The notes under the pieces were generated by a model. That model was not told where the DNA came from. It searched no databases and saw only the letters and a list, made by a program, of their open reading frames with translations. Positions 25,261-33,341 of a stretch of DNA of 64,000 nucleotides are shown here, piece after piece. This DNA comes from Escherichia phage PECP20: sequence record OQ873415.1; one strand, written 5' to 3'. Numbering within the stretch: position 1 is the first letter of the stretch; every line of letters begins with the position of its first letter. Both the position numbers and the translations under genes were made by a program.

Positions 25261-25762
25261 ATTTATTTTTAATTTTACAAATTTTTCCAGCTTCGATACA
25301 CGCGGCATAGATGATGCTCTGGGCAATTTTATTGCTAGTAGACCTTGCAATCACACTAAGAACAATTTCTTTTTCTTCACCACCCCATCCCCAGCTATTT
25401 TGTCCATAGGTACCTTTAACTACGGCCGAAACTTCAACAGAACGTCCACCATCAGAAGTTTTAACATCTACAACCCAATCGCCATCTTTCTCTTCAACTC
25501 GTGGTTTATCCCAAGAAATACTAATATATGATTCACTGCCGATAGAAGTTGCCGGGTTTTTCTCTATCGTAAGCCCTTCACTTTCCAGCCATTCAATAGT
25601 ATTTGCACATAAATCCGAAGAACACCTCATCGGAAAGCGGCAAGATTTTTCACCTTTAGAGGCGGCTTCATACGTCTTTTCTAAAATACGCTTTTGCACG
25701 TTTTTAAAAATAGTTTCAGCAGATTCTTCAGATTTTTTATTCAGTTCAGTATAAAGACTCAT
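25259..25762 (-). CDS. hypothetical protein, 167 aa
   Basis: ORF track; promoter cassette upstream. Confidence 0.6.
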   Translation of the reverse strand: MSLYTELNKKSEESAETIFKNVQKRILEKTYEAASKGEKSCRFPMRCSSDLCANTIEWLESEGLTIEKNPATSIGSESYISISWDKPRVEEKDGDWVVDVKTSDGGRSVEVSAVVKGTYGQNSWGWGGEEKEIVLSVIARSTSNKIAQSIIYAACIEAGKICKIKNK

Positions 25763-25784
25763 AACATTTTCCTTTGTGGTTGAT

Positions 25785-25821
25785 ATGTCTTATAGTATCA
25801 TGTCCTTAGAAGAAGTAAACA
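25785..25821 (-). promoter_or_regulatory. early promoter cassette
   Basis: Plus strand tcttatagtatcatgtccttagaagaagtaaac. Confidence 0.5.
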
Positions 25822-25848
25822 ACTTTTTCAGTAAGTTGTAGACCCCCT

Positions 25849-25870
25849 AATGGGGACCGAAGTCCCCATT
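25849..25870 (-). terminator. hairpin AAUGGGGAC-UUCG-GUCCCCAUU
   Basis: Perfect 9-bp stem with UUCG loop downstream of IP-like gene. Confidence 0.5.
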
Positions 25871-25872
25871 CT

Positions 25873-26499
25873 TTACTTACGAGTTTTTGCATACTGAGCA
25901 GCGTCAGCAGCCAAACGACCTGCTTGTCGAAGTTTTTCTTTAATCTCATCATGAAGTGGTTGAGTATACTTCAAACCTTCGATAGTCAAATAAAGACGAT
26001 AAAGGTCTGGGGTATCAAGGTTGTTGATATGTTGGCCATTACGAAGACTATTGAATTCACGAACGAGTGAAGATGTATCAGATTCAATATCACGAACAAG
26101 CGAAGATAGTTGTTTATATTTTTTTTCCAGGCTAGAAGTATCAAACTTAAGAGCAGGAGCTTTAGGAGTTGCTTTTACTTCCGGCTTAGGCTCAGGTTTT
26201 GCTACTGCTTTAGGGGTCGCAGGTTTAGGAGTGGTAGGAGCAGGTTTTACTTTAGGCGAACCAGATTTAGCAGAAACACCACCACTAACAATATCTTTGA
26301 ATGCTTTAGAAGCTCTGTAATATTCTTTTTGGCTGGAAGTGTCGATACCGTACATGGCTTGAACGTTTTTGAAAAACTCTGTACTAGTTTTTGTACCAGA
26401 AATAGCATCGTAAGCAGCTTGCCATTTCTCTTTTGTCATACGTACACCGGCTTCGGTGATTACTTCCGTTTCGGCTAAAAATTCATTAAAAGTATACAT
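25873..26499 (-). CDS. internal-protein-like capsid-targeted protein, 208 aa, with Pro/Lys/Ala-rich linker
   Basis: N-terminal MYTFNEFLAETE resembles the T4 capsid targeting leader; central KPAPTTPKPATPKAVAKPEPKPEVKATPKAP low-complexity tract. Confidence 0.6.
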   Translation of the reverse strand: MYTFNEFLAETEVITEAGVRMTKEKWQAAYDAISGTKTSTEFFKNVQAMYGIDTSSQKEYYRASKAFKDIVSGGVSAKSGSPKVKPAPTTPKPATPKAVAKPEPKPEVKATPKAPALKFDTSSLEKKYKQLSSLVRDIESDTSSLVREFNSLRNGQHINNLDTPDLYRLYLTIEGLKYTQPLHDEIKEKLRQAGRLAADAAQYAKTRK

Positions 26500-26542
26500 T
26501 GATGGTCCTTAGAAAGTAGGTTTATTGTTTACTATATTTATA

Positions 26543-26575
26543 CAAAAAAGCCCCAACCTTTCGGAAGGGGCTATA
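26543..26575 (-). terminator. rho-independent terminator downstream of the tRNA-like RNA
   Basis: Minus strand AGCCCC-UUCCGAAAGGUU-GGGGCU then UUUUUU; same stem as the 11012-11043 terminator. Confidence 0.55.
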
Positions 26576-26611
26576 TACCTTGTCGGGGTTTCCACCTACT
26601 AGGTAAGTGTT

Positions 26612-26772
26612 TGTACGAAACGCCGGGATTCGAACCCGGTTATTAAGCAGTTGACGCTACTCAATATTTTTAAAAGGCCATATCTCTACCATATCCGAAC
26701 GTCCCGTCAAAAACGCTACTCGGCTTACGGCAAAGATATTTCCTCGAATCGATAATTCTGTGCGCCGTTTCT
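26612..26772 (-). ncRNA. tRNA-like stable RNA, about 158 nt, with canonical T-arm and acceptor-like stem
   Basis: Minus-strand T-arm CCGGG-TTCGAAT-CCCGG (plus coords 26623-26639); 3' CGTTTCG can pair with GAAACG near 26766-26772; no standard anticodon or D arm found by eye; terminator hairpin follows. Confidence 0.35.
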
Positions 26773-26874
26773 GCTGTGATGTAAGGGGATATTAACGAAT
26801 CATAAAGATTTATTAAGACCAGTCCCTACTCAGGGAACATCAGTCCGACGACTTGCCGGTAGCGACCCGGCTTC

Positions 26875-27219
26875 TTATTTTGGCATATCATCAATTTGCT
26901 CTCGACGCCGACGCCATAGATTAATCGCTTCATAGGCACATTCTGCGTTTGGTATATGACGGCAATAATATAATGATTCGCGTTTCTGGAACCGATGTTG
27001 TAATGGAATTTCGTTTAAAAGGTCTTTACGGTCAAAGTATTCAAAACTAGTTAACCCAGAACGGTTTTTAAGAAACTTCCAATGTCCGAATTCATTTTGA
27101 ACATAGATGTAATCGGCATGCTGATACAGCGAATTAATCAATCGATGAGAAATAACTGTATCATATTCGTTAAAATAAAACGTTAAATCATGAACTACCA
27201 GATAAATATTGCCTTTCAT
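26875..27219 (-). CDS. hypothetical protein, about 114 aa, between tRNA genes
   Basis: Track ORF trimmed to ATG (MKGNIYLVVHDL...) because the longer ORF would overlap tRNA-Arg; GAGG RBS. Confidence 0.5.
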   Translation of the reverse strand: MKGNIYLVVHDLTFYFNEYDTVISHRLINSLYQHADYIYVQNEFGHWKFLKNRSGLTSFEYFDRKDLLNEIPLQHRFQKRESLYYCRHIPNAECAYEAINLWRRRREQIDDMPK

Positions 27220-27237
27220 ATTTTCCTCACTTAAAGT

Positions 27238-27314
27238 TGGTCGAGACAGAAGGATTCTAACCTTCAACCTACGGATTAGAAGTCCGTTGCTCCATACAAT
27301 TGAGCTATGCCTCG
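27238..27314 (-). tRNA. tRNA-Arg (anticodon UCU)
   Basis: Hand-folded cloverleaf: acceptor CGAGGCA/TGTCTCG, D-stem GCTC/GAGC, anticodon stem ACGGA/TCCGT with loop CTTCTAA, T-arm GAAGG-TTAGAAT-CCTTC, encoded CCA. Confidence 0.75.
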
Positions 27315-27320
27315 AATATA

Positions 27321-27394
27321 TGGCCCAGACCAGATTCGAACTGGTAACCTTTCCCTTATGAGGGGACTGCTGCTAACCATTGAGCTACAGGGCC
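27321..27394 (-). tRNA. tRNA with CAU anticodon (Ile or Met type)
   Basis: Hand-folded: acceptor GGCCCTG/CTGGGCC (one mismatch), anticodon loop CTCATAA, T-arm ACCAG-TTCGAAT-CTGGT, CCA encoded; D-arm irregular. Confidence 0.55.
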
Positions 27395-27454
27395 TAAATA
27401 ACTTTCTATTATGAAAGGCACTTTAGAGCACCTTTGGTAATAGAGAGTATGAAT

Positions 27455-27482
27455 TAATAATAACACATAATTCTTAAAGCAA
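27455..27482 (-). promoter_or_regulatory. possible MotA-dependent middle promoter upstream of the tRNA cluster
   Basis: Minus strand TTTGCTTTA (MotA-box-like) then 12 nt then TATTAT. Confidence 0.4.
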
Positions 27483-27989
27483 ATCAATCATTTTAACGGT
27501 TGGCAAAACGATTTCTTCTTCAATATAAGCAAATTCGACACGTTCAACTACACGCAAGAAATCGTAATCATAGTATTCAGAAGCATAGCCAAGAATATCA
27601 ATAAGTCCTTGAGATATCTCATCGCCTTTCACAAAGAACAGGTCGAATACGCGGGCTTCGTCTTCTTCAGATTTATCACCAAGGTCTACTTCGATGCCAA
27701 AGACCTTTTTAATAAATTCCGGTTGGAGTTGGTCTGAGAACAGTCCTTCAACCAGATATTCGTAGATAATAAGCGAGCAACGACCGAATGGTGTATTACC
27801 GCAATAACGTTCGGCTTTGGTGCTAGAATGACGGCTCTTAAATTTCTTCAAGAGATATTTAAACTGTTGGAGCTCATGCTCTTCCACTTCAAACAATGTT
27901 TTGGTTTTATAGTTGTCACCATCACTTTCATAGGTAGTGACATCAATTACGTAGCCCTTAGGAATTGTACTGCCTAATCGAATATTCAT
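27474..27989 (-). CDS. hypothetical protein, 171 aa
   Basis: ORF track. Confidence 0.6.
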   Translation of the reverse strand: MNIRLGSTIPKGYVIDVTTYESDGDNYKTKTLFEVEEHELQQFKYLLKKFKSRHSSTKAERYCGNTPFGRCSLIIYEYLVEGLFSDQLQPEFIKKVFGIEVDLGDKSEEDEARVFDLFFVKGDEISQGLIDILGYASEYYDYDFLRVVERVEFAYIEEEIVLPTVKMIDLL

Positions 27990-27993
27990 TTAA

Positions 27994-28284
27994 TCACCGT
28001 ACCATATTAATGTAATTATATTCAATGCAACGTAATTTCAAAGGATTCTTGAAAATATCATATTCAAGAGGGCCTTTTTCTGTTTCAATAAAGAAATCAA
28101 AGTTAACTGTGTTAAATTTATCATCTTCACAGAGTAATTTAACCTGTGAAGACGAACGGTCAATGTAAACCTTTTCAACTTCAAAATATGTTAAAATGCC
28201 ATAATCATCGATCAATGCTTTAGCTGCACGTTGATCGCTTTCGTATCCATTCTCGACAGATTTTACTTTAGCATAAAGAATCAT
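27994..28284 (-). CDS. hypothetical protein, 96 aa
   Basis: ORF track. Confidence 0.55.
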   Translation of the reverse strand: MILYAKVKSVENGYESDQRAAKALIDDYGILTYFEVEKVYIDRSSSQVKLLCEDDKFNTVNFDFFIETEKGPLEYDIFKNPLKLRCIEYNYINMVR

Positions 28285-28643
28285 GAGTGTTCCACCACTT
28301 CAAAAGTATGTGCATTTACAATCTGGTACCAGTCAAAATTTTCTTCAGCATTTTTGTAGATTTCACGAAGAGCTTCAGCAGTTTTTCCTGTAGCAACAAG
28401 ATCGTCAATACCGCCAAGAGGATAACAGTCGTAACCAGCAAACAGAAGGAAATTAATAGTTTCTGTAGGTTCTGGATGCAGTGTACCATTGTCATCGACT
28501 ACTTCAAAGAACATATAACCAGGCGATTTAGATTTAATCCAAGCCCATGCTTGAGCTGCTGAATCAAATGGTCTGCGTATCAAACGACAATCAGGGTCTT
28601 TAGAAGGATTTGCTTCAAAATCTGCATATACATGATATTTCAT
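28281..28643 (-). CDS. hypothetical protein, 120 aa
   Basis: ORF track. Confidence 0.55.
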   Translation of the reverse strand: MKYHVYADFEANPSKDPDCRLIRRPFDSAAQAWAWIKSKSPGYMFFEVVDDNGTLHPEPTETINFLLFAGYDCYPLGGIDDLVATGKTAEALREIYKNAEENFDWYQIVNAHTFEVVEHS

Positions 28644-28850
28644 TTACTCACCTTTTGCAATTTTATCCATAACGATAGCGATTAAGCCGATTAGAAATGC
28701 TACTACCAATGAGATAGAGTTTTCAGTTGTTGTCAGTAGTCCACAAATGAATCCTACAAACATCGAAAAGCTAAAAGCCATTGAAGCAATTACTACAGCA
28801 ACATTACGAATCAGTTCAGCGCGTTTCATTTTATTTCTCCATTTACTCAT
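28644..28850 (-). CDS. small membrane protein, 68 aa
   Basis: ORF track; two hydrophobic helices. Confidence 0.5.
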   Translation of the reverse strand: MSKWRNKMKRAELIRNVAVVIASMAFSFSMFVGFICGLLTTTENSISLVVAFLIGLIAIVMDKIAKGE

Positions 28851-28856
28851 TTTGTT

Positions 28857-28898
28857 TTGATAGGACTATTATAACATAGTCCTATCGGCATGTAAACT
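28857..28898 (-). promoter_or_regulatory. early promoter cassette with inverted repeat
   Basis: Plus strand gataggactattataacatagtcctatc then gtaaac. Confidence 0.55.
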
Positions 28899-28900
28899 AC

Positions 28901-29188
28901 TTACAGAAGAGTTTTTGCAATAATTTTAAGCTGAGCTACAGAAATGTGCTTAGCTTTAAACAGTGCAGTCTCTTCAGCCGGAGAGATAACAATAGTAGCG
29001 CCATCTTTCTTAGCAGACCATCCGTCCCCTAAGTAAACAGTACCTTTTACTTCTTCACCGTCAACCAGACTAATCATTGGTTTACCCTCACGTCCTTTAT
29101 TTGTTTTAATAACTTCAGAAGTAAGGGATGCTTCGGTCAGAGTAGAAACGTTAGCAACAGGTGATATAAATTCTTTATAGGTTTTCAT
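28901..29188 (-). CDS. ipI: internal protein I-like capsid-targeted protein, 95 aa
   Basis: MKTYKEFIS... leader; located just upstream of 57B as ipI is in T4; body diverged. Confidence 0.6.
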   Translation of the reverse strand: MKTYKEFISPVANVSTLTEASLTSEVIKTNKGREGKPMISLVDGEEVKGTVYLGDGWSAKKDGATIVISPAEETALFKAKHISVAQLKIIAKTLL

Positions 29189-29211
29189 TTTATTTCCTTG
29201 GGGCTGTTTAT

Positions 29212-29254
29212 TTGATAGGATGATAGTAACACACCATCATCTTTATGTAAACTG
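29212..29254 (-). promoter_or_regulatory. early promoter cassette upstream of ipI-like gene
   Basis: Plus strand gataggatgatagtaacacaccatcatctttatgtaaac. Confidence 0.55.
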
Positions 29255-29265
29255 TTTTGTGAAAA

Positions 29266-29951
<686 letters not shown>

Positions 29952-29955
29952 TTTA

Positions 29956-30690
29956 TTACCTTAAGATTTTTTCAATTTTAGAATAAAGCTCTTCTAACGA
30001 GCCGTCGTTTGTAATAACTAAGTCGCCTTCTTCAATAGGCAACCCAGCTTCTGTAATATGTTTATCAGTGGATTCCGTACCAGAGCGAACCACATGAATA
30101 ACTGTAGCACCCATCGCTCTAGCGGTTTCCATTTCATGGACTTGGCGTGTATCGGTCACAACGTAGTAATCGAAATCACTTCCAATATAATCCATATAGT
30201 TTAATGCAAAAAGCTTAACCCAATACATACGGTCAAATAAATTAACGACAACATCCGTACCGAGGGCTTGCATAAGACGGCGGATCGACCATGTGTCGTT
30301 GATATTATTTATAGCTTCACGCAGGGCTTCATATGGTTTAATATCTAGATATGAATATCCACCTTCTAACGATGATAATACTTTAACATTATTAATTGGT
30401 AAATATTGACTTTGTAAATAAATTAGCGCTTCTTCCAATAATTCAATAACATCCAACTTATTGAGATTTAATGGTGTTTCACGGTCGTATCCAATGCCTT
30501 CAAAGTATTCGTATTTCAACTCTGTGAATACATCAGGATTTTCAGCATGTCTACGTCCCCAGGCTATTGCTAGAGCGTCTTTAATTGGATATGCTAATTG
30601 GTATTTTACGGATTTAAAGTTTGAATTGATGTAATCAGCAGTAGTGTCTTTACCACTACGTTTGATGCCACTTAAAAAGATTAGCTCCAT
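29956..30690 (-). CDS. 1: deoxynucleoside monophosphate kinase
   Basis: 244 aa; MELIFLSGIKRSGKDTTADYI P-loop start, as T4 gp1. Confidence 0.9.
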   Translation of the reverse strand: MELIFLSGIKRSGKDTTADYINSNFKSVKYQLAYPIKDALAIAWGRRHAENPDVFTELKYEYFEGIGYDRETPLNLNKLDVIELLEEALIYLQSQYLPINNVKVLSSLEGGYSYLDIKPYEALREAINNINDTWSIRRLMQALGTDVVVNLFDRMYWVKLFALNYMDYIGSDFDYYVVTDTRQVHEMETARAMGATVIHVVRSGTESTDKHITEAGLPIEEGDLVITNDGSLEELYSKIEKILR

Positions 30691-30743
30691 AGGTTTTCCT
30701 CATATAATTTATAAGTGATTATAACATACGGAGCTAGAAGCGA

Positions 30744-31334
30744 TTAACGCAAGGAAGGGTGTCTAGAAATGGATTTAGATTCGGCTGCTTGACGAGGCTG
30801 TTGAGATACAATGACTTCGCCGTCTTTTTCTATCGTCATATACGCGTAGTGAATAGTTGCTACGCACGTAACGGCAGGATCAGAATCTTCAGTGTAACTA
30901 AATTCAATTTCGCTCAAATCGGAAATCCATGGTTTATAGAAATTTGCCGTCAAAACGACTTCAGTCTTATTGTTGTTTAAAATGTGCAAAGTAACAAACT
31001 CAGGACCATCGGCATGGGCTGTATTATGACCGGTTATATAGTTATTAGTGCTGAGCATCCATTTATACATGTTCATCCAGGACGTCATGTCTTCATCAAC
31101 TATAAATCGTACAATAAAAGGGTCATATTCAAATGTAGTGCCTGCGCGCATTGCACGTCCTAACCCCATTGTGCCTGTCACAGTTTCAACAACAGGAATT
31201 CTCACACCTGGCAATGGTGCCGTTTGGGCATTGAGCACAAAACCTGAAGTTCGTGTACTATCTGGGATATCCACAACAAAGTTTGTTATATTTGTTTGGT
31301 TAAAAATCTGTCTCGTTGGACGAGTCATAAGCAC
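30744..31334 (-). CDS. 3: tail completion / sheath stabiliser protein gp3
   Basis: Called by position between genes 1 and 2 as in T4; exact start uncertain (track ORF 196 aa). Confidence 0.6.
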   Translation of the reverse strand: MLMTRPTRQIFNQTNITNFVVDIPDSTRTSGFVLNAQTAPLPGVRIPVVETVTGTMGLGRAMRAGTTFEYDPFIVRFIVDEDMTSWMNMYKWMLSTNNYITGHNTAHADGPEFVTLHILNNNKTEVVLTANFYKPWISDLSEIEFSYTEDSDPAVTCVATIHYAYMTIEKDGEVIVSQQPRQAAESKSISRHPSLR

Positions 31335-31430
31335 CTCAAAAACGCTTTAATAAAAATACAGTATAATGGTTTTAGGTCTCTTCCATTAATCCGGTTCAAC
31401 AGAATATCAGAAGAACGGAAGAGAATAGAA

Positions 31431-32252
31431 TTAAGATTTCCAAACAGTATTCGCAGAGAAACGTTTTCCTTTTGACATAAATTGCTGAGTAGGTAACATG
31501 ATTATGTTAGCCCAGTCTTTAGGAGCGATTTCTGTTATTGTTCCTCTAATGTGGCCTGGCAGGTATGCTTTAATCATTTTGTCAGCACCTTGAAATCCTT
31601 TCACCTTGCTCCAGTCTATCTTCAACTTTGTGTTATTAGTAATAGTAGTTGTGCTAGCATATTGCTTCAGCAATTCTTCAAGAAACTGTTGACGTGCTTT
31701 AGGTGGGATATAGTGCAAGTTTAACCCGTACATCAAATTATGTTTACCTAATCCTAAATAAATAATCAAAGGATATCGGTCCCAGTATGGCAGAGTATCT
31801 TTATGTTTAGCATCATACACGTAAGTATAAATTTTGCCTGGCGTAGGCTTGACTACTTTATGACCTTTTACACTTTTCTTAATTGTTTCAACAAACCACT
31901 TAGATGATTTGTTGTTTACTGCTGCGCCTTCATTTCTAATCTTTTCTCGTATTGAACTGCGAAACGAGTTTATCATCAGAAGTTGACGTTCTTGCTTATT
32001 GAGTTTATTTTTAGGTTTAGATTCAAGCGTTTCAATTTTCTGTGCAGTCTTAATAGATGATGCATATCTAGACATTGCAGATGTAAACGACGAGTATTTT
32101 ATTCCTTTTGATTCTGCAAATGCTTTTGCAGTGATTCCTTTCTCTTTAGCTTTCTTGTATTCTAATCCTATCTCAATCCATTTTCTTTCATTCATAGACT
32201 GAGCAATCTTAGGGGCTTGTACGCCTTCAGATATAATTTGGAATATACTCAT
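31431..32252 (-). CDS. 2: DNA end protector protein gp2
   Basis: 273 aa basic protein at the T4 gene 2 position. Confidence 0.8.
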   Translation of the reverse strand: MSIFQIISEGVQAPKIAQSMNERKWIEIGLEYKKAKEKGITAKAFAESKGIKYSSFTSAMSRYASSIKTAQKIETLESKPKNKLNKQERQLLMINSFRSSIREKIRNEGAAVNNKSSKWFVETIKKSVKGHKVVKPTPGKIYTYVYDAKHKDTLPYWDRYPLIIYLGLGKHNLMYGLNLHYIPPKARQQFLEELLKQYASTTTITNNTKLKIDWSKVKGFQGADKMIKAYLPGHIRGTITEIAPKDWANIIMLPTQQFMSKGKRFSANTVWKS

Positions 32253-32254
32253 AA

Positions 32255-32704
32255 TTACCCCTTGTATCCGAGTTTCCTAAGTCCGTCTTCGGTTAGAACT
32301 CGAAATTTTATATTTCTCTTTTCTGCGACAGCAGAAGCAGCTTTCCATTTGTCGCAGTTCACAGACCAGGTGTATATTTCATTCATATAACGTTTCTTTG
32401 CTGCGGTCGTAAGATTTGCAGGCTTAATAGGTGGTTGAGTTTCTTTCTTTGGTTTTATTTCTACAAAGAACTCTTGACCTGATGCATCTTTCATCCATAT
32501 GTCCATATAGTATCGACGTTTCTTACCTTCAGCATTACAAAAATATGGAATTACGGCTGTTTCACTACCCCATGCAATAATTTCCGGATTTTTATCCAAC
32601 CATTCGAAAAAGAATTTTTCCCAGTTTGAACGATACGTTATTTTGGTATGGTCTCCACGGTATTTTTTTAAATTTTTTGGGACCCATTTACCAGAGTAGG
32701 CCAT
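32255..32704 (-). CDS. 4: head completion protein gp4
   Basis: 149 aa; divergent to gene 53 as in T4. Confidence 0.85.
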   Translation of the reverse strand: MAYSGKWVPKNLKKYRGDHTKITYRSNWEKFFFEWLDKNPEIIAWGSETAVIPYFCNAEGKKRRYYMDIWMKDASGQEFFVEIKPKKETQPPIKPANLTTAAKKRYMNEIYTWSVNCDKWKAASAVAEKRNIKFRVLTEDGLRKLGYKG

Positions 32705-32715
32705 GTTGTCCTCCT

Positions 32716-32723
32716 TATAAATA
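32716..32723 (+). promoter_or_regulatory. late promoter TATAAATA upstream of gene 53
   Basis: Exact TATAAATA about 40 nt upstream of start. Confidence 0.6.
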
Positions 32724-32765
32724 GTATTATTATTTATACCAATTTAATATTGGAAGGAGACTATT

Positions 32766-33341
32766 TTGTTATTTACATTCTTCGACCCAATAGGATATAG
32801 TGCTAAAACAGTTGATAAGAATGCACCTACTATTCCTATGACAGACATATTTCGTAACTATAAAGAGTACTTTAAACGTGTTGCTGCCAATTATAGATTA
32901 CGTTCTTATTACATTAAAGGCTCTCCACGTCCTGAAGAACTAGCAAACATAATTTATGGCAACCCTCAATTATACTGGGTCCTTTTGATGTGTAATGATA
33001 ACTATGATCCGTATTATGGTTGGATTACATCTCAGGAAGCAGCGTATCAAGCGTCTATTCAGAAATATGCAAATGCTGGCGGAGACCAAATTCTTTACCA
33101 TATTAACGAGAACCGTGAGAAATTTTACAATTTAGTTTCATATCCAGACGAGCCTTTAGTGTGGTACGATAAAGGTGATGAAGCTCGTAAGTATCCGCAA
33201 TATAAAGGACCTTTAGCTGCAGTAGATACTTATGAAGCGGCAATATTAGATAATGAAAAACTTCGTAAAATAAAAATTGTTGCAAAAGAAGATATAAACT
33301 CGTTTATTACTGATTTGATTCGTGAGATGGAGATTGCATAA
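32766..33341 (+). CDS. 53: baseplate wedge protein gp53
   Basis: 191 aa MLFTFFDPIGYSAKTV... matches T4 gp53 as recalled; apparent TTG start after GGAGG RBS. Confidence 0.85.
   Translation: MLFTFFDPIGYSAKTVDKNAPTIPMTDIFRNYKEYFKRVAANYRLRSYYIKGSPRPEELANIIYGNPQLYWVLLMCNDNYDPYYGWITSQEAAYQASIQKYANAGGDQILYHINENREKFYNLVSYPDEPLVWYDKGDEARKYPQYKGPLAAVDTYEAAILDNEKLRKIKIVAKEDINSFITDLIREMEIA

Noticed and set aside
26110-26478. Arg-rich plus-strand ORF (122 aa)
   Set aside because: Antisense artefact of the Pro/Lys-rich low-complexity tract in the 25873-26499 gene.
26875-27267. GIY-YIG homing endonuclease (segB-like) call for the ORF in the tRNA cluster
   Set aside because: No GIY...YIG pair with the expected 10-11 residue spacing; the full track ORF would overlap tRNA-Arg, so only the shorter ORF is plausible.
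6345-29254. Repeated promoter cassettes as a possible CRISPR array
   Set aside because: Copies are kilobases apart, separated by genes, variable in sequence and each paired with a -35/-10; not a regularly spaced repeat-spacer array.
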